Origin: Lysobacterales bacterium
Lineage (GTDB): Bacteria > Pseudomonadota > Gammaproteobacteria > Xanthomonadales > SZUA-36
Assembly: GCA_041306925.1 (NCBI GenBank)
Contig: JBFZEL010000399.1
Coordinates: forward strand, 1 to 24,813
Length of the DNA stretch: 24,813 bases
Reading direction: 5' to 3'
The translations under genes were made by a program, and so were the position numbers. Each line of letters begins with the position of its first letter. Position 1 is the stretch's first letter. The notes beneath the pieces were generated by a model. The model was not told where the DNA came from and did not search any database. It saw only the letters and a program-made list of their open reading frames with translations. Shown here piece after piece: positions 1-9,621 of the stretch.

Positions 1-2577
1 CTGCTTCTCTTCCACTTCCAGCACCAGTTCATCGTGTACCTGCATGACCAGCCTCGCCCCCGGTTTCTCAACCTGTAGCCAGTTATCCACCCTGATCATC
101 GCGATCTTGATGATATCGGCCGCCGTACCCTGCATCGGCGCATTGATGGCGGCCCGTTCCGCGCCCTGGCGCCGCATCATGTTGCCGGCATTGATTTCAG
201 GCAAATACAGCCTGCGTCCAAACAGGGTTTCGACATAGCCCTGTTCACGGGCCTGTTCGCGGGTTTGCTCCATGAAAGTCCGGACACCGGGGTAACGGGA
301 AAAGTAGGTATCCATGTATTCCTGTGCCTCGGGGCGGCTGATATCCAGTTGACGGCTGAGACCAAAGGCCGACATGCCGTACATCAGTCCGAAATTGATT
401 GCTTTGGCCGCACGGCGTTGATCGTCAGTGACCTTTTCATAGTCCGCCCCGAACACCTCGCCCGCCGTCGCCCGGTGGACGTCGACACCGTCGTGAAACG
501 CTTTGAGCAGTCCCTTGTCAGCGGAGAGGTGCGCCATGATGCGCAACTCGATCTGCGAGTAATCCGCAGCCAGTATCACGCTGCCCGGCGGTGCGATGAA
601 AGCCGTGCGGATCTTGCGCCCCTGCGGCGTGCGTATGGGAATGTTTTGCAGGTTGGGGTTGGAGGAGGACAACCTGCCGGTTGCAGCGACCGCCTGGTGA
701 TAGGAGGTGTGGACCCGGCCGGTAAAAGGGTTGATCTGCTCCGGCAGTTTGTCGGTGTAGGTCGACTTGAGCTTGGAAATGGTCCTGTTTTCCAGGATCA
801 GTCTCGGCAGTTCGTATTTTTCAGCAAGCTCAGTCAGCACATCTTCGGCCGTGGATGGCTGACCTTTTGGAGTTTTCCGGATGACCGGCAGTTGCAGTTT
901 CTCAAACAGGATTTGCTGCAGTTGCATGGGCGATTCGAGGTTGAACGGCTGACCGGCGACCGCATGCGCCTCCGCCTCCAGTTCCTGCATACGCCTGGCC
1001 AGTTCAAAGCTTTGTTGCCGCAAGTTGTTACCATCGATCAGTACACCGGCCTGCTCCATCCGCGCCAGGACCGGTATCAATGGGATTTCGATCTCAACCA
1101 GCACCCTGGCCAGCGCGGGATCGGCCTGTAATTTCGGCCAAAGGTGGCGATGCAGACGCAGGGTGATGTCAGCGTCTTCGGCCGCATAGAAACCGGCGTC
1201 CTCGATCGACACCTGGCTGAACGAAATCTGCCTGGCCCCCTTGCCGGCGATATCCTCGTAATGGGTGGTCTTGTAACCGAGATATTTGAGCGCCAGTGAA
1301 TCCATGTCGTGACGGCTGCCGGTGCTGTTGAGGACATAGGACTCCAGCATCGTGTCATAGGCGACACCCCGCACCGCCAGGCCATAACGCGACAGGACGT
1401 TCATGTCGTACTTGATGTGCTGACCCACCTTTTTCAGCGAATCACGCTCCAGCAGCGGTCTGAGAGCCTCCAGCACGGTGGCGCGGTCGAGTTGCGCGGG
1501 CACACCCGGGTAATCGTGGCCTACCGGGACATAGATCGCTTCAAATTCGTTGACGGCGAAACTCAAACCCACCAGTTCGGCCTGCATCGGGTCCAGGCTG
1601 GTGGTCTCGGTATCGAATGCGATCAGCCCGGCCTGTTGCAGTTTCTCCAGCCACTTTTTGAAAGTCGCCATGTCCATGACCGTGGTGTAGTCCGGTTCTG
1701 TCCTCGATACCTGCGGAGTTTTGTCTGATTCCATCTCCCGCAGCCAGCTGTTGAACTCGTTGTGCTGCAGAAACGCGCGCAGGGCCGCTTCATCAACGGC
1801 ATCGCGCTTGAGCTGTTTGCAATCCAGACCCAGGTCCAGGTCGACGCGGATGGTCGCCAGCTTGCGCGAAAGCGGCAGGGTTGCCAGCGCCGCACGCAGG
1901 TACTCACCAATTTTCCCTTGCACCTCCGGAGCATTGGCCATCACGCCTTCAAGATCATGCCAGTCATTCAGCCACTTGGCGGCGGTTTTCGGACCACACT
2001 TCTCCACCCCCGGAATGTTATCGGTCTTGTCACCGGTCAGGGCCAGGAAGTCCACGATCTGGGTGGGTGTCACACCAAACTTTTCTACCACGCCAGCGGC
2101 GTCCATGTGCGTGTCGGTCATCGTATTGACCAGTGATACGTGGTCATTGACCAACTGCGCCATATCCTTGTCGCCGGTGGAGATCACGCAGTCCATGTTG
2201 CTCGCGGCGGCCTGTTTCGCCAGCGTACCGATAACATCGTCAGCTTCGACACCCGGGACCTGGATCAGCGGCAAGCCCAGCAGACGGACTATGGTGTGAA
2301 TCGATTCCACCTGCTGACTGAGTTCGCGTGGCATCGGCGGGCGGTTGGCCTTGTATTGTGCGTACATCTCGTGACGGAACGTCGGGCCCCTGGCATCAAA
2401 AACCACGGCGATATTTTCCGGCCCGGCATCGTTCAGCAGGCGGCGCAGCATGTTCGCAACTCCCAGCAGCGCACCTGTCGGCTCACCCGCCGAATTGGTC
2501 AGGTTGGGTAATGCATGGAAGGCCCGGTAGAGATAGGATGAACCATCGACCAGGTAGAGAATATTTTTAGCGCTCAT
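1..2577 (-). CDS. polA: DNA polymerase I (3' end runs off the window; 859 codons visible)
   Basis: Manual translation from the ATG at 2577 gives MSAKNILYLVDGSSYLYRAFHALP (5'-3' exonuclease), KANRPPMP, GVEADDVIGT and TGDKD. The proofreading motifs AFDTETT, GQHIKYD and YAAEDAD are present, as are polymerase motifs ADYSQIELR, AKAINFGLMYG and QVHDELV. It has no stop inside the window, so it is absent from the ORF track. Confidence 0.98.
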   Translation of the reverse strand, partial: MSAKNILYLVDGSSYLYRAFHALPNLTNSAGEPTGALLGVANMLRRLLNDAGPENIAVVFDARGPTFRHEMYAQYKANRPPMPRELSQQVESIHTIVRLLGLPLIQVPGVEADDVIGTLAKQAAASNMDCVISTGDKDMAQLVNDHVSLVNTMTDTHMDAAGVVEKFGVTPTQIVDFLALTGDKTDNIPGVEKCGPKTAAKWLNDWHDLEGVMANAPEVQGKIGEYLRAALATLPLSRKLATIRVDLDLGLDCKQLKRDAVDEAALRAFLQHNEFNSWLREMESDKTPQVSRTEPDYTTVMDMATFKKWLEKLQQAGLIAFDTETTSLDPMQAELVGLSFAVNEFEAIYVPVGHDYPGVPAQLDRATVLEALRPLLERDSLKKVGQHIKYDMNVLSRYGLAVRGVAYDTMLESYVLNSTGSRHDMDSLALKYLGYKTTHYEDIAGKGARQISFSQVSIEDAGFYAAEDADITLRLHRHLWPKLQADPALARVLVEIEIPLIPVLARMEQAGVLIDGNNLRQQSFELARRMQELEAEAHAVAGQPFNLESPMQLQQILFEKLQLPVIRKTPKGQPSTAEDVLTELAEKYELPRLILENRTISKLKSTYTDKLPEQINPFTGRVHTSYHQAVAATGRLSSSNPNLQNIPIRTPQGRKIRTAFIAPPGSVILAADYSQIELRIMAHLSADKGLLKAFHDGVDVHRATAGEVFGADYEKVTDDQRRAAKAINFGLMYGMSAFGLSRQLDISRPEAQEYMDTYFSRYPGVRTFMEQTREQAREQGYVETLFGRRLYLPEINAGNMMRRQGAERAAINAPMQGTAADIIKIAMIRVDNWLQVEKPGARLVMQVHDELVLEVEEKQ

Positions 2578-2679
2578 GCAACAATACGTCCAGATTCAGC
2601 GTTTAGGGTCTGTTATGCTGAGAGTATATAAGAACGGGTTTACCAACATGATCACTTTGCCGTTGCTGGAGCTAAGCCA

Positions 2680-3036
2680 ATGAAATTCAGATGGGTAAGC
2701 CTGTTGACTGCCGGTGCACTGACTTGCGGACTTGCGCTGGCACAACAGGAGACCGAACAGGGCACGGACCCCGCCGCACCACCGCCCATCCCGCCGATTC
2801 CACCCAAGGTGAAAGGTGAGGAAATCGAACCCAGCGTGGTGATCACCGAGCGTGAAGGTGAAAGGGTCGAAGAATATTTCCAGAACGGCCGTGTCTACAT
2901 GGTGAAGATCACCCCCTTGAAGGGACCCCCTTATTATTACCTCGATGAGGACGGCGACGGTGAACTTGAGCTGCGCGAATCCGACCGCAAGCTGAACCCG
3001 GTGCAACCGATCTACTGGAAAGTCAAAGAATGGTAG
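2680..3036 (+). CDS. DUF2782 family exported protein
   Basis: Signal peptide, Pro-rich linker, then VEEYFQNGRVYMVKITPLKGPPYYYLDEDGDG and a C-terminal W-rich tail typical of DUF2782. GGAG lies upstream of the ATG. Adjacency to polA is common for this family. Confidence 0.85.
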   Translation: MKFRWVSLLTAGALTCGLALAQQETEQGTDPAAPPPIPPIPPKVKGEEIEPSVVITEREGERVEEYFQNGRVYMVKITPLKGPPYYYLDEDGDGELELRESDRKLNPVQPIYWKVKEW

Positions 3037-3563
3037 AAACTCCTGCGGCAGCGGCACCGGCAAACTTCTCCGCCTTGCGCAATTTCATTGCGATGTGCGG
3101 CAAAGCCGTCTCCTGGCTGACCCTCGTGATGGTGTTGCTGACCTTCGTCGTCGTGATACTTCGCTATGGCTTCAACCTGGGCTGGATCTGGCTGCAGGAA
3201 ATCCTGACCTATCTTCACGTGCTGGTGTTCTGTGTCGTTGCAGCATGGACACTGCAACAGGACGGACATGTGCGCGTGGATATCTTTTATGCCCGTATGA
3301 CGAAAAAAAACAAGGCCTGGGTAGACCTGCTGGGAAGCCTGATGCTGCTCGTGCCGCTGTGCGTTTTTACCCTCGTCATTGCCTGGCCCTATGTCGCCTA
3401 TTCCTGGAAGTTGCTGGAGTCCTCGCGGGAAGCGGGTGGTTTACCGCTGGTATTCCTGCTCAAGTCACTGATCATGGTGATGCCCGCGCTGTTGCTCGGC
3501 CAGGCCGTTGTCAACATCAACGATGCCTGGAGAACCTTGCGATACACAGGGCCAGCGGCTTGA
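3030..3563 (+). CDS. TRAP transporter small permease subunit (DctQ family)
   Basis: Four hydrophobic segments with VVILRY..F, WLQE, GHVRVDIFY and SREAGGLP motifs. The start overlaps the DUF2782 stop (ATGGTAG); an alternative ATG lies at 3093. Confidence 0.88.
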   Translation: MVETPAAAAPANFSALRNFIAMCGKAVSWLTLVMVLLTFVVVILRYGFNLGWIWLQEILTYLHVLVFCVVAAWTLQQDGHVRVDIFYARMTKKNKAWVDLLGSLMLLVPLCVFTLVIAWPYVAYSWKLLESSREAGGLPLVFLLKSLIMVMPALLLGQAVVNINDAWRTLRYTGPAA

Positions 3564-3576
3564 TTTCCCGCATGAT

Positions 3577-3733
3577 CCAGGGAAACCCTGATTGATACGG
3601 AGATTCTGCGCTACCAGGATGGTCCACCATTTTCAGTGACTGCAAATCATTGCAAGTGACGTAAAACAAAAAATGTCGTTTCTGTTTTGTCTGCCCTGAT
3701 CAGGCAGCGACGAATTAGTCAGGGTTTGCCTGG
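3577..3733. repeat. 157-bp intergenic element bounded by 20-bp imperfect inverted repeats
   Basis: Left end CCAGGGAAACCCTGATTGAT (3577-3596) versus reverse complement of the right end (3714-3733), CCAGGCAAACCCTGACTAAT: 17/20 identical. The identity of the element is unknown. Confidence 0.7.
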
Positions 3734-3738
3734 CTTGC

Positions 3739-4107
3739 CTATTTTTTATCTTTGAGCCTGCTGGCGAGATCTGCGAACGGGTTAAAGGTGGCGGCTTTTT
3801 CCTGTTCCGCAGGGGCCATATCCCCGTAGACGGCGTCGATAAGGCGGGAATGTTCATTATCGTGGCAATAAACGCAGAGCAATTCCCAGTTACTGCCATC
3901 CTCCGGATTATTGTCGTGGTCGTGGTCACGGTGGTGAACGGTCAACTCCTGCAGGTTGTCCCTGTCGAATTCGCGCGCGCAGCGGCCACAAATCCAGGGG
4001 TACAGCCTGAGCGCCCTGGCCCGGTAGCCCTGCTCGCGTTCGCCGGAAGCGCGCCGGGCATCGGCGACGATTCGATCCAGTTTGTCCGGTGATTTTTCCT
4101 TTTTCAT
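3739..4107 (-). CDS. yajD: HNH nuclease, YajD family
   Basis: GYRARALRLYPWICGRCAREF..LTVHHRDHDHDNNP.DGSNWELLCVYCHDNEH: CxxC...HH...N...CxxCH zinc-binding HNH pattern characteristic of YajD. Confidence 0.88.
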   Translation of the reverse strand: MKKEKSPDKLDRIVADARRASGEREQGYRARALRLYPWICGRCAREFDRDNLQELTVHHRDHDHDNNPEDGSNWELLCVYCHDNEHSRLIDAVYGDMAPAEQEKAATFNPFADLASRLKDKK

Positions 4108-4116
4108 AAAGACCTG

Positions 4117-5975
<1,859 letters not shown>

Positions 5976-6584
5976 TTAACTCTCTTTGTCTGCATACTCA
6001 TACCAGTCACTGAGCTTATCCACCAGTTCATCAAGCCCGGTCTTAGCGGTCGCGGAAAAGACCTGCGCACTGGCAATAGCCGGCAAACCGCTGCGCACCT
6101 TGAGCAACGCCGACTGCGCCGGTCCGCGTTTAAGCTTGTCCGCCTTGCTCAGCAGGATGTGACAAGATACCCCGGCGGCCTCGCACCAGGCCAGCATTTG
6201 CTGGTCGAACTCCTTCATCGGATGACGGATGTCCATGACCAGCACGACACCGCGCAAACACTTGCGTGTCTGAAAATAACGCGCCATGACGTTGCGCCAG
6301 TGTTCCCTGAGCTTGAGCGGAACCTTGGCGAAACCGTACCCCGGCAAATCGGCAATGCGGCGCTTTTCGTCCAGTTCGAAAATAACAATCTGCTGTGTAC
6401 GGCCCGGGGTCTTACTGGTGCGTGCCAATGACTTCTGATCCGTCAACGTATTGATTGCACTTGATTTTCCGGAATTTGACCGGCCGGCAATCGCAACTTC
6501 GATGCCTTCATCCTTTGGCAATTGTTTCAGTTCATGGGCGTTGAGCACGTAGCTCGCGACGCGGAAGGGGTTCACTTTCTTCAT
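5976..6584 (-). CDS. engB: Ribosome biogenesis GTPase YihA/EngB (YsxC)
   Basis: G1 GRSNSGKSS, G2 SKTPGRT, G3 DLPGYG, G4 variant SKADK, G5 FSA. Confidence 0.96.
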   Translation of the reverse strand: MKKVNPFRVASYVLNAHELKQLPKDEGIEVAIAGRSNSGKSSAINTLTDQKSLARTSKTPGRTQQIVIFELDEKRRIADLPGYGFAKVPLKLREHWRNVMARYFQTRKCLRGVVLVMDIRHPMKEFDQQMLAWCEAAGVSCHILLSKADKLKRGPAQSALLKVRSGLPAIASAQVFSATAKTGLDELVDKLSDWYEYADKES

Positions 6585-6693
6585 TGTCTGTTTCTCATGT
6601 TTTTAGATCTTATCGCTGGAACGACAGGGACTAAAACGGGATAATAACCGCCCATTTCGAGCATTGTACGCAAACATTCCTGGAGAGTACGAA

Positions 6694-7320
6694 ATGAAGC
6701 AATTATTGCAATTCGCTATTGGCCTGTCGCTGCTGGTATCTTTGCCGGCGCTTGCAACAGGTGACGCGAATGCCGGGCAGGCCAAAGCAGCAGTATGCGC
6801 AGCATGCCATGGTGCAGACGGTAACAGCGTTGTTCCGAACTGGCCAAAATTGGCGGGGCAGCACGCCGACTATCTGCAGCGCCAGCTCGGCTTGATCAAG
6901 GGCGGTGACCGGGCGGTCCCGGAAATGGCCGGCATTGCCACCAGCCTGACCGATCAGGACATGGCTGACCTCGCGGCTTATTTTTCCAGTCAGACTGCCA
7001 GTCCTGGCTTGACCGATGAAGCCCTGCGCCAGGGTGGCGAACTGCTGTACAGGGGTGGCAATGCCGCGACCGATGTTCCCGCCTGCATGGCCTGCCATGG
7101 GCCCGCAGGTGAAGGCAACCCGCTTTCCGGCTATCCCCAGCTTGCCGGACAGCACAGCGTCTATACTGAAAAAATGCTGAACGGCTTCCGCGCCGGCACG
7201 ACCTGGGGCGCCGACGATTCCAGCAGCAATATCATGACCGATGTGGCGCATCGGCTGACCGATGCGGAAATCAAGGCGGTGGCCAGTTATATCCAGGGTT
7301 TGTACAGGGTGGAAGAATAG
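6694..7320 (+). CDS. Diheme cytochrome c4
   Basis: Signal peptide, two heme motifs (CAACH, CMACH), each followed by P.LAGQH, and distal Met ligands. GGAGAG lies 6 nt before the ATG at 6694 (the ORF track starts earlier, at 6664). Confidence 0.93.
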   Translation: MKQLLQFAIGLSLLVSLPALATGDANAGQAKAAVCAACHGADGNSVVPNWPKLAGQHADYLQRQLGLIKGGDRAVPEMAGIATSLTDQDMADLAAYFSSQTASPGLTDEALRQGGELLYRGGNAATDVPACMACHGPAGEGNPLSGYPQLAGQHSVYTEKMLNGFRAGTTWGADDSSSNIMTDVAHRLTDAEIKAVASYIQGLYRVEE

Positions 7321-7397
7321 ACCCGGACCAGCGGGCGGAACAATGGACACCGGCTGTGGTCAGTCAATCACAAGTTTAATACGTGGAGATGGTTACA

Positions 7398-8048
7398 ATG
7401 ATACAAAGAATGTTGCTTGCGTTGAGCCTGCTGCTTGGTGCCCAGTTGAGCATGGCGCAGGACGAGCCATACAAGGAAGGCGTGCATTATTACAAAATAG
7501 ACCAGGCATCGACAGCAGCCGGTTCAGGCAAGGTCGAAGTCACCGGACTCTTCAGCTACGCCTGTTCCCATTGCAATACCTTTGAACCCTACCTGGACCG
7601 CTGGAACGAGAAAAAACCTGACAACGTCATATTTGACCGTATCGGGGTTGTGTTTGGCCGCAAGGATTGGGAAATGCTGGCCCGCGCCTATATCACCGCG
7701 GAGATGATGGGCATTGCGGACAAGAGCCATGCCGCCATGATGGACGCCATCTGGAAGCAGGGAAAGCAATTTCGAAGCCTTGAAGACCTGGCGGATTTCT
7801 ACTCGGGATTGGGCGTTGAAAGAGCGACCTTCATCGCGAATTACCAATCGTTCGCTGCCGACAGTCAGCTGCGTAAGAGCCAGCACGATGTGCAGCTTTT
7901 CGGCATCACCGGCACACCCAGCCTGGTCGTCAACCGTAAATACAGGGTTGCGAGCAATAAGGACGTGAAGGATTTTGACGCCATGCTGAAAGTAGTGGAC
8001 TTCCTGGTAGCCAAGGAGTCCTCGGCGCAGGACATCTCTGCCCGCTAA
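7398..8048 (+). CDS. dsbA: Thiol:disulfide interchange protein DsbA
   Basis: Signal peptide, YKEGVHY, FSYACSHC (CxxC) and GITGTPSLVVN (cis-Pro loop). The engB/c4/dsbA neighbourhood is a known conserved one. GGAGA precedes the ATG at 7398. Confidence 0.9.
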   Translation: MIQRMLLALSLLLGAQLSMAQDEPYKEGVHYYKIDQASTAAGSGKVEVTGLFSYACSHCNTFEPYLDRWNEKKPDNVIFDRIGVVFGRKDWEMLARAYITAEMMGIADKSHAAMMDAIWKQGKQFRSLEDLADFYSGLGVERATFIANYQSFAADSQLRKSQHDVQLFGITGTPSLVVNRKYRVASNKDVKDFDAMLKVVDFLVAKESSAQDISAR

Positions 8049-8075
8049 GCGGGAACACTATCCGATCCCCAATGC

Positions 8076-8097
8076 GGTTCCCGCCCCGGCGGGAACC
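8076..8097 (+). terminator. Probable intrinsic terminator hairpin after dsbA
   Basis: GGTTCCCGC-CCCG-GCGGGAACC, a 9-bp perfect stem followed by ATCTTTATT (imperfect U tract). Confidence 0.5.
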
Positions 8098-8177
8098 ATC
8101 TTTATTGCCATCCTTTTTGCGTCATCCGGCAACCGTCCGCCGATTGGGCCGTCCGCTGTTGCAAGCCATTTTTACAG

Positions 8178-8205
8178 TTGACTCGTCGGCCCATTGGGGT
8201 ATTCT
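8178..8205 (+). promoter_or_regulatory. Putative sigma70 promoter for ntrX-trkA
   Basis: TTGACT (8178-8183), 16-nt spacer, TATTCT (8200-8205), about 30 nt upstream of the ATG at 8236. Confidence 0.45.
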
Positions 8206-8235
8206 GTTGCTTCCTTACCACATCAGTATGCAACT

Positions 8236-9621
8236 ATGTCTCTTGCCCAAGTTCTGGTCGTTGATGACGAGCCCGACATTCGCCAGCTCGTTCAGGAAAT
8301 TCTTGAAGATGAGGGTTATTCAGTACAGGTTGCGAAAGATGGGGAAAATGCCCGTCTGATCTATGCGCGGCAGAAGCCGGACCTGGTTCTGCTGGATATC
8401 TGGATGCCGGATATCGATGGTATTTCACTCCTCAAGGAGTGGTCTTCTACCGGCAGCCTCGAAGCCCGGGTGGTGATCATGTCAGGTCACGGCACGCTCG
8501 AAACCGCCGTCGAAGCCACCCGGCTGGGGGCTTTCGACTTTGTCCAGAAACCACTGTCGCTGGCCAAGCTGCTGGCAACGGTGCGCAAAGCGCTGGAATC
8601 GAGACCACACGCCAGGGCGCCGGAGTCAGCCGGACACCGGGCACAGCTGCTGGAACCGCTCGGCAACAGCCCGGTCATGCAACTGCTGCGTAACAGTGCA
8701 AAACAGGCCGCCAACAATGCGTCACCCGTTATGATCACCGGGGAGAGTGGCAGCGGCCGCGAAACGCTGGCCCGGTACATCCACCACCTGTCGTCCTCCG
8801 GTGGTGCAATGCTGACGCTGGACCACAGCCAGGCAAGCGGCGAAAGCGCCCGCAGTTACCTGTTTGGCTCCGTAGCGAACGGTCAGAATGTCGAGGGCCT
8901 ACTGGATAATGCAGCCGGCGGAGTACTGTTCATACCGAAGTTGCAGAGATTGCCCCTGAACACCCTCGAACTGCTCAGCAACGCAATCGAAGCAAAAGGC
9001 TATACACCCGAGGGTGGCACCGGTCTGAAGCCATTGGGGTTTCGGGTCATTTGCAGCGCCAGCGACAACCTGGAACAACTGGTCAAGGATAAGCGTCTGC
9101 CCGGCCCCTTGTACTTCCACCTTAATGTGCTGCCGTTAAAAGTTCCCGCCCTGCGTGAGCGGCCGGAGGATATTCCTGAACTCATCAGGTATTTTTCCGA
9201 TTGGTTTTCCAACCATGAAAACCTGCCGTACCGTTCTTTTTCAGTGTCCGTGCAGAACCGGATGCGCAACCACAGCTGGCCAGGCAATGTCCGCGAGTTG
9301 CGCAACCTGGTTCAGCGGTTGTTGGTGCTCGGTCGGGAGGGGGAGGTTTCGGCGCAGGAAGTTGATGAGGCCCTGAGCCAGAGCGCCGCCAGCATGGACA
9401 ACGCGGCCGGCGGTCACGAGGTGCTATATGACGCCGGTCTGTTTGACCTGCCACTGCGCGAAGCCCGTGAACAATTTGAACGCGACTACCTGACCTACCA
9501 GTTGAAAAAGGCCGGCGGCAGCGTCGGCAAACTTGCCGACTCGGTGGGCATGGAAAGAACCCATCTGTACCGTAAGCTCAGGTCTCTTGGTATTGATCCG
9601 AAATTGGTAAACAACCCATGA
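8236..9621 (+). CDS. ntrX: NtrX-like response regulator (REC-degenerate AAA+-Fis HTH)
   Basis: REC VLVVDDEPDIR...LLDIWMP...MSGHG...KP and C-terminal LPLREAREQFER...GMERTHLYRKL. It lies directly upstream of trkA, as in known ntrY-ntrX-trkA clusters. Start chosen at MSLAQ. Confidence 0.8.
   Translation: MSLAQVLVVDDEPDIRQLVQEILEDEGYSVQVAKDGENARLIYARQKPDLVLLDIWMPDIDGISLLKEWSSTGSLEARVVIMSGHGTLETAVEATRLGAFDFVQKPLSLAKLLATVRKALESRPHARAPESAGHRAQLLEPLGNSPVMQLLRNSAKQAANNASPVMITGESGSGRETLARYIHHLSSSGGAMLTLDHSQASGESARSYLFGSVANGQNVEGLLDNAAGGVLFIPKLQRLPLNTLELLSNAIEAKGYTPEGGTGLKPLGFRVICSASDNLEQLVKDKRLPGPLYFHLNVLPLKVPALRERPEDIPELIRYFSDWFSNHENLPYRSFSVSVQNRMRNHSWPGNVRELRNLVQRLLVLGREGEVSAQEVDEALSQSAASMDNAAGGHEVLYDAGLFDLPLREAREQFERDYLTYQLKKAGGSVGKLADSVGMERTHLYRKLRSLGIDPKLVNNP

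Noticed and set aside
265-2511. Long + strand ORFs (e.g. 265-1131, 1309-1728, 1721-2299, 2140-2511)
   Set aside because: Antisense shadows of polA with no recognisable motifs. Such shadows are expected opposite GC-biased genes. The same applies to the shadow ORFs over hemB, c4, pyk, ntrBC, glnA and the M14 gene.
3577-3733. 6S RNA, Spot 42, CsrC or Rsm-type sRNA identity for the inverted-repeat element
   Set aside because: It has only three GGA motifs (one in a hairpin loop), no recognisable 6S or Spot 42 sequence, and lacks the expected neighbours. It is kept as an unnamed element only.
7398-8048. DsbA CSHC and Thr-cisPro variant as a novelty
   Set aside because: Within known DsbA variation, since T-cisPro occurs in several characterised DsbAs.
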